A stretch of 29,613 bases of DNA from Myxococcota bacterium (lineage in GTDB: Bacteria > Myxococcota_A > Polyangia > Polyangiales > Sandaracinaceae): assembly GCA_036149055.1 (NCBI GenBank), contig JAYZQJ010000257.1, forward strand, positions 1 through 29,613, given 5' to 3'. Shown here in pieces: positions 8,270 through 16,291 of the stretch. The translations under genes were made by a program, and so were the position numbers. Each line of letters begins with the position of its first letter. Position 1 is the first letter of the stretch. Below the pieces are notes generated by a model. That model saw nothing but the letters and a program-made list of their open reading frames with translations. It made no database searches and had not been told where the DNA came from.

Positions 8270-9379
8270 TCAGCCTCGCAGATCGCGATCGAGCTCGTCG
8301 TCGGACGCGAAGACGTCGGCGACCTCGTTGCGCTCGAGGAGCCACTCGCCGACGTGGGCGCCGGGGTTGCGGTGGCCCTGGAGGGAGACGAGCTTCTCGA
8401 GGAGGGCCTCGGAGAAGGCGTCGAGGTTCACGCCGTCCTCGAGCTCGAGCTTCTCCTCCTTCACCCACTTCTGGATGAGCTGCTTCGTCTGCACGAAGAG
8501 CGGGGAGGGGCCCTGACGGGTCTCGGGCTCGGGCTCCGGGGGAGGGCCGGCGCCGAGGGCGGCGGCGAGGGCCTCGAGGCCGCTCAGCTTGCCGCCGCGG
8601 GGGCCGCCCATCGCGCGCTCGATCTCGCTCTCCATCTCGCGGCTGAGCTCGTCGAGCTCGCCGAGATCGAGGTCGTCCATCGAGTCGTCGTCGTCGTCGG
8701 TGGGCTCGAGCACGCCGAAGTCGGTGACCAGGCAGAGCGGCTTGCCGCTCTTGTCGAGGCCCCAGAAGCTCGCGTAGACGCCGTCGCCCGCGCCGCTCCG
8801 GAAGGCGACGAGGTTGCCCTTCTTCTTGGGCTCGAGTACGACCTCGGCCCAGGGGGTGTCGGCGAGCTGGGGCTCCACCTCGGCGAGCGGGTCGTCTCCG
8901 CCCATCTCGGCCCGGTAGGTCTCGAACGCCTCGTGGTACTGGATGGCGTCGGAGGGCTCGATGCCGTCCTTGGCGAGCTTCTTGGCGACCTCGTCCTCGA
9001 GGGCCTCCTCGGACGCCATGTAGGCCTCGACCGTCGCGCGGTCGACGAGGCAGCCGACGCCGGAGTCGACGCCGTAGCCCGGCCAGCCCTCGACGTCCTC
9101 TTCGCCGGGGCAGCGCGCCACGGCCCAGCTCGCGATCTTGCCCCGCTTGGCCAGCTGGAGCCTCGCGTAGGCGGTCTCGCCCGCGATCACGCCCACCAGG
9201 ACGTCGTAGGTTCCCGGCTTCACCTCGCGCTGGAACGGGTCGCTCCCCAGGAACACCAGGGGGTCGCACGCCACGATCCGGCCCGAGGGCAGCTTCAGCT
9301 TGGCCGCCTCGACCTCTTTCACTTCTTCGAGCTCGCCGGCCGCGAGCCGGGTCAGCCAGTTCGGGGCGTCCTCGGCCAT
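8270..9379 (-). CDS. DUF4241-like protein with acidic linker and additional C-terminal domain
   Basis: LKLPSGRIVACDPLV, GYGVDSGVGCLVD and FRSGAGDGVYASFWG..LVTDF match the DUF4241 pattern as I recall it. Confidence 0.75.
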   Translation of the reverse strand: MAEDAPNWLTRLAAGELEEVKEVEAAKLKLPSGRIVACDPLVFLGSDPFQREVKPGTYDVLVGVIAGETAYARLQLAKRGKIASWAVARCPGEEDVEGWPGYGVDSGVGCLVDRATVEAYMASEEALEDEVAKKLAKDGIEPSDAIQYHEAFETYRAEMGGDDPLAEVEPQLADTPWAEVVLEPKKKGNLVAFRSGAGDGVYASFWGLDKSGKPLCLVTDFGVLEPTDDDDDSMDDLDLGELDELSREMESEIERAMGGPRGGKLSGLEALAAALGAGPPPEPEPETRQGPSPLFVQTKQLIQKWVKEEKLELEDGVNLDAFSEALLEKLVSLQGHRNPGAHVGEWLLERNEVADVFASDDELDRDLRG

Positions 9380-9420
9380 CGGCCGTGTACTAGCAGGCCG
9401 GCGCCCCTACGCACGCACCT

Positions 9421-10200
9421 TCAGCTCACGGCGGCGGCCCCGGCGAGGTTCGTCTCGGTCAGCATGCCGAGCATGTCGCCGCCCTTCATCACCACGATGC
9501 GGCGCACGTGCATCGCCCGCATCTGGGCGGCGGCCCGGTGGCACGGCACCTCGGGGCGGAGGACCAGGACCTCGTGGCCCATGACCCGGTCGACGGCCAT
9601 GGAGGCGTCGTGGTGGCGCGAGGCGAGCGCCTCCTCCTCCGCGAAGAGGCCCACGGGGATGCCCTCGTCCGCCACGACCAGGCCCCGGATCTTCAGCTCC
9701 TGCAGCTGCCGGCGCGCCGCGCCCAGCGGCTCGAAGGTGGCGATGCTCTGGACCGGCTGGGTCATGAACTCGGAGATCGGCCGCTCCACCCGGTGGTCGA
9801 CGATCACCCGCATGACGTCCCGGGTCGTCAGCACGCCCTGGAGGCGGCGCTCCTTCTCGACGAACACGCGGTGCACGTGCTGGTCGAGCATCAGCGCCGC
9901 CGCCTCGGCCACGCTGGTGCTCGGCGCCACCGAGAGGATCTGCCGGGTCATCACGTCGTCCGCGCGCTGCTCCGGCAGCCGCCACTCCGCGACCCCGCGC
10001 CCCTCGGGCACCACCAGCTCCCCGACCCGGAGGAGATCGCGGCGGCTCACCACCCCGACCGTGCGGCCCTCGGCGTCGACGACCGGCATCGCCGAGACCC
10101 TTCGCCGCTCGAGCGCGCGCGCCACCTCCTCGAGCGACGCGTCCTCGCGCACCGAGATCGGGTCCAGGGTCATGTAGACGAAGACGGGCGTGCGGAACAT
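9421..10200 (-). CDS. CBS domain protein (four CBS motifs)
   Basis: Four repeats of the type YMT.DPISV...PVVD..GRTVGVVSRRDL, DVMT..GVLTTRDV, EFMT, RVMG..GMLTETNL; start at ATG 10200. Confidence 0.85.
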   Translation of the reverse strand: MFRTPVFVYMTLDPISVREDASLEEVARALERRRVSAMPVVDAEGRTVGVVSRRDLLRVGELVVPEGRGVAEWRLPEQRADDVMTRQILSVAPSTSVAEAAALMLDQHVHRVFVEKERRLQGVLTTRDVMRVIVDHRVERPISEFMTQPVQSIATFEPLGAARRQLQELKIRGLVVADEGIPVGLFAEEEALASRHHDASMAVDRVMGHEVLVLRPEVPCHRAAAQMRAMHVRRIVVMKGGDMLGMLTETNLAGAAAVS

Positions 10201-10233
10201 GGGCTCGACGTACGCACGCACTAGAGTGAGGCC

Positions 10234-10740
10234 ATGCCGAAGCACAGCGCGGGCATCCTGCCGGTCCGCCTCCAGGGCGACCGGGTCGAGGTGATGCTGG
10301 TCCACCCCGGCGGGCCGTTCTTCCGCAAGAAGGACGCGGGCGCCTGGAGCGTGGTGAAGGGGCTGGTCGAGGACGGGGAGGACCTGCTCGAGGCGGCGCG
10401 GCGCGAGCTCGTCGAGGAGACCGGCTTCACGCCGCCCGAGGGCCCCTACGCGCACCTCGGCCAGATCACGCAGAAGGGCGGCAAGCGGGTCGACGCCTTC
10501 GCGGTGCTCGCCGACTTCGACGTCGCCGCGCTGCGGAGCGAGACCTTCGAGCTCGAGTGGCCGCCCCGCTCGGGCCGCGTGCAGCGCTTCCCGGAGGTGG
10601 ACCGCGCCGCCTGGTACGCGCCCGACGAGGCGCGGGCCAAGATCCTCGAGGCCCAGCGCCCGTTCGTCGACCGCGCGACGTCGCGCGAGGTGATCGCCCG
10701 CCTCACGCCTCGAGCCGGCCGCCTCTCCGGCGAAGCCTGA
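10234..10740 (+). CDS. NUDIX hydrolase (predicted NTP pyrophosphohydrolase)
   Basis: LVHPGGPFF..KDAGAWS, Nudix box KGLVEDGEDLLEAARRELVEETG, EWPPRSG...FPEVDRAAW. Confidence 0.9.
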   Translation: MPKHSAGILPVRLQGDRVEVMLVHPGGPFFRKKDAGAWSVVKGLVEDGEDLLEAARRELVEETGFTPPEGPYAHLGQITQKGGKRVDAFAVLADFDVAALRSETFELEWPPRSGRVQRFPEVDRAAWYAPDEARAKILEAQRPFVDRATSREVIARLTPRAGRLSGEA

Positions 10741-10752
10741 TCGTCGCGACCC

Positions 10753-11157
10753 TCAGAAGAACACGCCGCGCGGGAGCTCCTTGGCCTGCGCGACCCACTT
10801 CTCGACGGTCGCCGCGCTGGGGAGGGCGCGCACCAAGCTGGCCTCCTCGTTGACGCTCTTCATCTTCTCGTGGAGGTTCTCCGCGTTCCGGCGCGACAGC
10901 TCGACCACCGTGTCGACGCCGGCGCGCTCGAGCAGGTCGGCGTACTCCTCGCCGACCCCGCGGATGCGGAAGAGGTCGGCCATGTTGACCCAGCGGAGGA
11001 GCGCCTTCTCCGGCACGCCGCTCGCGTCCGCGATGCGCTCGCGTCCCGCGGGCTTCGCGCCCTCCTCGAGGAGCGCCTCCACCGTCTCGATGCCCGCGCC
11101 CGCGAGCTTCTCCGCGTAGGTCGGTCCGATGCCCTCGATCTCGCTGATCTTCGCCAT
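10753..11157 (-). CDS. DUF4332 (helix-hairpin-helix) protein, 134 aa
   Basis: MAKISEIEGIGPTYAEKL..AGI, WVNMADLFRIRGVGEEYADLLERAGVDTV.EL; GGAGGAG RBS upstream. Confidence 0.85.
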   Translation of the reverse strand: MAKISEIEGIGPTYAEKLAGAGIETVEALLEEGAKPAGRERIADASGVPEKALLRWVNMADLFRIRGVGEEYADLLERAGVDTVVELSRRNAENLHEKMKSVNEEASLVRALPSAATVEKWVAQAKELPRGVFF

Positions 11158-11211
11158 GTCGTTCTCCTCCGCCCGTCCATCGGGCGCGCCGATTTTCCGA
11201 GCGCGGGCATC

Positions 11212-11227
11212 AGCAGACGGCGTGCCA
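11212..11227 (-). promoter_or_regulatory. Putative sigma-54 (-24/-12) promoter for the DUF4332 gene
   Basis: The minus strand reads TGGCACG-CCGT-CTGCT, matching the consensus TGGCACG-N4-TTGCW with exact GG-N10-GC spacing, 55 nt upstream of the ATG. Confidence 0.7.
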
Positions 11228-11257
11228 GCGGGCCCAGCGGCGCCCGAGGAGGAGAGG

Positions 11258-11275
11258 CGTCGGGCGCGCCCGACG
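11258..11275 (-). terminator. Perfect 18-bp palindrome downstream of lysA (terminator-like hairpin or protein site)
   Basis: CGTCGGGCGCGCCCGACG is its own reverse complement; it is followed on the minus strand by a pyrimidine run but no U-tract. Confidence 0.35.
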
Positions 11276-11303
11276 GTTGGCCGGAGGGGATGTGGGGCGA
11301 CGG

Positions 11304-12596
11304 CTACAGCTCGTCGCGCCAGAGGTCCTCGACCGTCTGGCGGCGCCGGATCACCCGGGCCTCGCCGTCCGCGACCAGGACCTCGGCGGCCTTGGGGCGG
11401 GAGTTGTAGTTGCTCGCCATCGACATGCCGTAGGCGCCCGCGCCGCGGAGGAGCACGAGGTCGCCGCGCTCGAGGTGCGGCACCGCGCGATCGATGGCGA
11501 AGAAGTCGCCGGTCTCGCACACCGGGCCCACCACGTCGGCCGGCCGCCGGGTGGCGTCGCGGGGCTCCTCGACGTGCATGATCGCGTGATAGGCGTCGTA
11601 GAGCGCGGGGCGGATGAGCTCGGTCATCGCGCCGTCGACGACGACGAAGCGCTTCTCGGCCTGCTCCTTCACGAAGATCACCCGGGTCAGCAGCCCGCCG
11701 GCGTCGCCGACCAGCGCGCGGCCCGGCTCGACGATGAGCTCGAGCCCGAGGCCGGCCGCGCCGCCCGCCTCCAGGCCCTGGGAGATCGCGGCCCCGAAGT
11801 CGGGCCACGGGGCGTGCTCTTCGTCCTCGTCGCCGTAGCGGATGGGCCAGCCGCCGCCGGCGTCGATGCAGCGCAGCTCGGCCCCCGCGCGCACGCACTC
11901 GACGGCGAAGCGCGCGAGGATCTCCGTGGCGTCGCGCATCGGGTCGGGCCCGCCGAGCTGGCTGCCGATGTGACAGGCGACGCCCTCGAGCCGGAGGTGC
12001 GGGCTGTCGATCACGCGCGGCAGCAGCGCCCGGGCGACGTCGAGCTCGAGGCCGAACTTCGTGTCGTGCAGGCCGGTGGCGATGTACGGGTGCGTGTCCG
12101 GATCGACGTCGGGGTTCACGCGCAGCGTCATCGGCGCGCGCACGCCCATGGCCTCCGCGATCGCCTCGAGCGCGTCGATCTCCGGCGCGCTCTCGACGTG
12201 CACCGCGCGGATGCCGGTCTCGAGGGCCAGCCGCAGCTCGGCGTCGGTCTTGCCCACGCCGCTGAAGACGATCTTGGCCGGGTCCATGCCCGCCTGGAGG
12301 CAGCGCCGCAGCTCCCCGCCCGAGACGATGTCGGCCCCGCAGCCGCGCGCGGCGAGCCGCCGGAGCAGGTGCAGGTTGCTGTTCGCCTTGATCGCGTAGG
12401 CGATCAGGCAGGGCTCGGGGACCGCGGCGGCGAGCCGGTCGAAGGCGTGATCGACGCAGGCGGCCGAGTACACGAACGTCGGCGTGCCGTGGGCGGCCGC
12501 GATCTCGGGCAGGGGCACGCCGTCGCAGGTCAGCGTCCCGTCCGCGTAGGTCCAGTGGTTCGAGAAGGGGATCTCGGTCCGCGTGCCGCGCTCCAT
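11304..12596 (-). CDS. lysA: Diaminopimelate decarboxylase
   Basis: HGTPTFVY, YAIKAN (PLP Lys), ADIVSGGEL, KFG, CHIGSQ, GGG, EPGR, GPVCETGD, GAYGMSMASNYNSRP; the start overlaps the argH stop (TGATG). Confidence 0.95.
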   Translation of the reverse strand: MERGTRTEIPFSNHWTYADGTLTCDGVPLPEIAAAHGTPTFVYSAACVDHAFDRLAAAVPEPCLIAYAIKANSNLHLLRRLAARGCGADIVSGGELRRCLQAGMDPAKIVFSGVGKTDAELRLALETGIRAVHVESAPEIDALEAIAEAMGVRAPMTLRVNPDVDPDTHPYIATGLHDTKFGLELDVARALLPRVIDSPHLRLEGVACHIGSQLGGPDPMRDATEILARFAVECVRAGAELRCIDAGGGWPIRYGDEDEEHAPWPDFGAAISQGLEAGGAAGLGLELIVEPGRALVGDAGGLLTRVIFVKEQAEKRFVVVDGAMTELIRPALYDAYHAIMHVEEPRDATRRPADVVGPVCETGDFFAIDRAVPHLERGDLVLLRGAGAYGMSMASNYNSRPKAAEVLVADGEARVIRRRQTVEDLWRDEL

Positions 12597-13987
12597 CAGC
12601 CGTCTCCCCGGGCGTCGAGCCGGGCCGCGAGGGCCTCGATCTGCGCCGTGACCTGGGCCCGGGCCGGCCCGCCGAGGAGCGCGCGCCGCTCGATGGCGGT
12701 CTCCGGGTCGAGCGCCTCGAACAGCGAGGCGTCGAAGGCCTCGTGCTCCTCGCGGAGCTCCTCGAGGGTGAGCTCGGAGAGCGTCTTGCGCGCGTCCACG
12801 CAGCGCTTCACGAGCCGGCCGGTCACGTGGTGCGCCTCGCGGAAGGGCACGCCGTGCGCCGCGAGCCAGTCGGCCACCTCGGTCGCGTCGACGAAGCCGT
12901 GCTTCAGGGCGGCGCGCATCCGCTCGGCGTCGAAGCGCGCGGTGTCCACCGAGCCGGCGAGCACGTCGAGGCAGTCGTTCACCGTGTCGAAGGCGTCGAA
13001 CACGGGCGGCTTGTCCTCCTGCATGTCGCGGTTGTAGGCGAGCGGCAGGGCCTTCATCAGCATCAGCAGGTTCACCAGGTGGCCGACCACCCGCCCGGTC
13101 TTGCCGCGGGCGAGCTCGGCCATGTCCGGGTTCTTCTTCTGCGGCATGATCGAGGAGCCGGTGGTGTAGGCGTCGCTCATCTCCACGAAGCCGAACTCCT
13201 GGCTGCTCCAGAGCACGAGCTCCTCCGCGATGCGCGAGAGGTGCACCGAGCAGATGCTCAGCGCCGAGAGCACCTCGAGCAGGAAGTCGCGGCTGCCCAC
13301 CGCGTCGAGGCTGTTGCGGGTGGGCGCCCGGAAGCCGAGGGCCGCCGCGGTGCGCTCGCGATCGAGCGGGAAGGTCGTGCCGGCGAGCGCCGCCGAGCCG
13401 AGTGGGCACTCGTTGAGCCGCTCGGCCGCGTCCTCGAGGCGCCCGCGGTCCCGCTCCAGCATCTCCGCCCACGCCAGCACGTGGTGCGAGAGGCGCACCG
13501 GCTGCGCGCGCTGGAGGTGCGTGTAGCCCGGCAGCAGGTGATCCATCAGCTCGGGCGCGCGCCGGGCGATGACCGCGAGGAACCGGTCGATGCGGCGGCA
13601 GGTGTCGGCGCAGGCCTCGCGGGTCCAGAGCCGCATGTCGGTGGCGACCTGGTCGTTGCGGCTCCGGCCGGTGTGGAGGCGCCCGCCGGCCTCGCCGATG
13701 CGCTCGGTGAGGAGGGACTCCACGTTCATGTGGACGTCCTCCTTCTTCGGGTCCCAGCGCATCTCGCCGCGCGCGATCTCGCCGCGGATGACCTCGAGCC
13801 CCTCCGCGATCTTCTCGGCGTCGGCGTCGGTCACGACCCCCTGCGCGGCGAGCATGCGGACGTGCGCGATCGAGCCCCGGATGTCCTGGTCGGCCAGCCG
13901 CTTGTCGACGTCCACCGACGCGCTGAAGCGCAGCGCCAGCGCATCGAGCTCTTCTTCGAATCGTCCGCCCCAGGCTTTGTCGCTCAT
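12596..13987 (-). CDS. argH: Argininosuccinate lyase
   Basis: WGGRF, EDVHMNVE, LHTGRSRNDQVATD, PGYTHLQRAQP, GSSIMPQKKNPD, AYNRDMQEDK. Confidence 0.97.
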   Translation of the reverse strand: MSDKAWGGRFEEELDALALRFSASVDVDKRLADQDIRGSIAHVRMLAAQGVVTDADAEKIAEGLEVIRGEIARGEMRWDPKKEDVHMNVESLLTERIGEAGGRLHTGRSRNDQVATDMRLWTREACADTCRRIDRFLAVIARRAPELMDHLLPGYTHLQRAQPVRLSHHVLAWAEMLERDRGRLEDAAERLNECPLGSAALAGTTFPLDRERTAAALGFRAPTRNSLDAVGSRDFLLEVLSALSICSVHLSRIAEELVLWSSQEFGFVEMSDAYTTGSSIMPQKKNPDMAELARGKTGRVVGHLVNLLMLMKALPLAYNRDMQEDKPPVFDAFDTVNDCLDVLAGSVDTARFDAERMRAALKHGFVDATEVADWLAAHGVPFREAHHVTGRLVKRCVDARKTLSELTLEELREEHEAFDASLFEALDPETAIERRALLGGPARAQVTAQIEALAARLDARGDG

Positions 13988-13991
13988 CGCG

Positions 13992-14065
13992 GCGGAAGCT
14001 TCCGCGTTTTGGGCAGCGCGTCAAACACGGGCGAGGTTGACCGGGGGTCGGCCGAACCGTAGACC
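13992..14065. promoter_or_regulatory. Back-to-back sigma-70-like promoters for argH and the ATPase-like gene
   Basis: Plus strand: TTGACC (14037-14042)-N17-TAGACC (14060-14065). Minus strand: TTGACG (14024-14019)-N17-AAGCTT (weak -10), lying inside the perfect palindrome GCGGAAGCTTCCGC (13992-14005). Confidence 0.45.
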
Positions 14066-14074
14066 CACGCCCTC

Positions 14075-16291
14075 GTGACCCAGGAGCCCTCGACCGAGGC
14101 CGCCCGTCCGCGCCTGCCCGAGCGCCCGTGCCCCGCGTGCGGCGCGCAGGTCGAGCCGCTGCGCGCCGGCGCCGTGCTGCTCCTCGAGGACGGGTTCCGC
14201 TTCCTCTGCAGCGGGGACTGTCGCCGGCGCTACCTCGAGGGCGAGCGCGACCACGACGCCTCGCGCGAGCAGCTGCGCACGACGACCGCCCGCCGCCGGG
14301 CCGCGAAGCCGCCGGTGCGCCGCAAGCCCATCCCGACGCCGTCGCCCGATCACTCCGCGGCCTACGAGGCGCTCGCCGCCCCGCCCATCCCGCCGCCCTG
14401 GCTCGGCCTCGGGCTCGCCGCCGCCGCGGCGCTCCTCGCCGCCTTCGCCACCCACCCGATCGTCGCCTTCCTGGGCGCGCTCGCGGTGACCGGGGCGGCC
14501 GGCGCGGCGCTGGTGCGCGGGCTCGGCGCGCGCCGGGAGGTGGGCTGGCTCGGCTGGGCGCTGCCGCCGTCGGGCGCGGTGCTCGCCGCGGTCGCCGCGC
14601 TCGCCGCTCCGTCCGCCGACCCCTCCGCCGATCCTCGATTGCCCCTGGTCGGCGCCGCCGTCGCCGCGGCCGCGGTCGTGGTGCGCGCGTGGCTGGACGC
14701 CCGCTCGAGCCAGCCGATCACCCAGCTGGTGGGGGCGCTGTCCAGCAAGATGCCCAGCACGGTCCGCGTGCCGACCAAGCACGAGGAGTGGGCGGTCGTC
14801 GTCGAGTCCGAGGAGGTCATCGCGGGGCGGGTGCGCACCGGCCAGGAGGTCGTGGTCGGGGAGGGCGAGGTCGTCGCCGTCGACGGCGTCGTGCAGGCGG
14901 GCGAGGCGTTCGTGCTGCTCCACCCCGCGAGCCGGACCCCGGTCCGCCGCACCGCCGGCCAGCCGCTGATCGCGGGCGCCTTCGTCACCGAGGGCGAGGT
15001 CCGGGTGCTGGCCACCCGCGTCGGCGAGGACCGAGCACTGGTCCGCCCGCGCACCTTCGGCGACCTGGCCTCGGGGCGCGCGGCCGCGCTCACCCGGCTC
15101 GCCGCGCGGGTGGTGCGCTGGGGCGGGCTGGCGGCGCTGGTCGGCGCGGCCGGGAGCCTCCTGCTGGCCGCGGGCCTCGAGGGGCAGCTGGCGGCGGCGG
15201 CGGCGGTGCTGCTCGCCGCGCCGCTCATCGCGATCCGCCGCGCCTCCGACGCGCCCTACGTGGCCGCCGCCGCGACCGCGGCCGAGCGCGGCATCGTGTT
15301 CAGCAGCGCCCGCACCCTCGACCGGGCGGGCCGGGCCGCCGTCGGCGCGCTCTGCACCCACGGCACCATCACCGAGGGCGAGCCCGAGGTCGTCGAGGTC
15401 CACACCTTCGGCGACGAGCCCTGGAAGCCGCTGGTGGCGCTCGTGGCCGGCGCGGAGTCGGCCGCCGAGGGGCACCCCATCGCCGCGGCGGTGGCCCGCT
15501 TCTGCGAGCGCCGCGGCATCGAGCCGGCGTCGGTGCGGCGGGCGGACTTCAAGGCGGGGCGCGGGGTGACCGCGGTCGCGCCGAGCGGCGAGGCGCTGGT
15601 GGCCGGCAACCGGGCGCTCCTGCTCGAGGAGGGCGTCAGCGTCGCGGTCGCCGACGCCCACGCGAGCCGGGCCGAGGAGCGCGGGCACACGGTGGTGTTC
15701 GTCGGCCTCGACGGACGGGTGAAGGCGGTGATGAGCCTCCGGGACGAGGACCGCATCGGCGCCCGGGCCGCGGTGCAGCGCCTCATCGACCTCGGCATCG
15801 AGGTGGTGCTCGTCAGCGGCGACCACCGCGGCACCGTCGAGGCGCTCGCCAAGCCGCTCGACATCACGCACGTGAAGGCGGAGCTGCTCCCCGACGAGCA
15901 GGGCGCCGAGGTGCGCCGGCTGCGCGAGACCGGCGGCGTCGTCGCGGTGGTCGGCCGCCCCGTCGATCAGGCGGCGCTGGACGCGGCCGACGTCCCGGTG
16001 CTGCTCGGCTCGGCCGGGCTCCCGGAGAGCGATCGGGCGGTGGCGCTGACCAGCGACGACGTGCGCGACGCGGCCGCCGCGCTCTGGCTCGCCGCCGCCG
16101 CTCGCCGGGCCGCCTGGCGCGGCACCCTGGTCGCGGCCCTCGGCGGCGGCTTCCTCGTCCTGCTCGCGGCCATCGGCTTCGCGCAGCCCGCGGTCGCCGC
16201 GGTGCTCGCCCTCGGCGTCGACGCCTACGCGCTCCCCAGCGCCGCGCGCCTGCTCCGCCGCATCGAGCTCCGCCTCCCCGCCCGCGGGTGA
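14075..16291 (+). CDS. P1B-type ATPase-like membrane protein with degenerate catalytic motifs and an N-terminal TRASH/YHS-like Zn finger
   Basis: CPACG..FLCSGDC; A-domain VVAVDGVVQAGEA; GIVF..TLD; GTITEGEP; ES..GHPIA; GRGV; VSGD; AELLPDEQ; AALDAADV. The canonical DKTGT, CPx, TGE and GDGxND motifs are replaced. Confidence 0.85.
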   Translation: MTQEPSTEAARPRLPERPCPACGAQVEPLRAGAVLLLEDGFRFLCSGDCRRRYLEGERDHDASREQLRTTTARRRAAKPPVRRKPIPTPSPDHSAAYEALAAPPIPPPWLGLGLAAAAALLAAFATHPIVAFLGALAVTGAAGAALVRGLGARREVGWLGWALPPSGAVLAAVAALAAPSADPSADPRLPLVGAAVAAAAVVVRAWLDARSSQPITQLVGALSSKMPSTVRVPTKHEEWAVVVESEEVIAGRVRTGQEVVVGEGEVVAVDGVVQAGEAFVLLHPASRTPVRRTAGQPLIAGAFVTEGEVRVLATRVGEDRALVRPRTFGDLASGRAAALTRLAARVVRWGGLAALVGAAGSLLLAAGLEGQLAAAAAVLLAAPLIAIRRASDAPYVAAAATAAERGIVFSSARTLDRAGRAAVGALCTHGTITEGEPEVVEVHTFGDEPWKPLVALVAGAESAAEGHPIAAAVARFCERRGIEPASVRRADFKAGRGVTAVAPSGEALVAGNRALLLEEGVSVAVADAHASRAEERGHTVVFVGLDGRVKAVMSLRDEDRIGARAAVQRLIDLGIEVVLVSGDHRGTVEALAKPLDITHVKAELLPDEQGAEVRRLRETGGVVAVVGRPVDQAALDAADVPVLLGSAGLPESDRAVALTSDDVRDAAAALWLAAAARRAAWRGTLVAALGGGFLVLLAAIGFAQPAVAAVLALGVDAYALPSAARLLRRIELRLPARG

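Noticed and set aside
14075..16291. Calling this gene copA/zntA or a pseudogene
   Set aside because: The catalytic motifs are absent, so a pump name is unsupported; there are no frameshifts or stops, so a pseudogene call is also unsupported.
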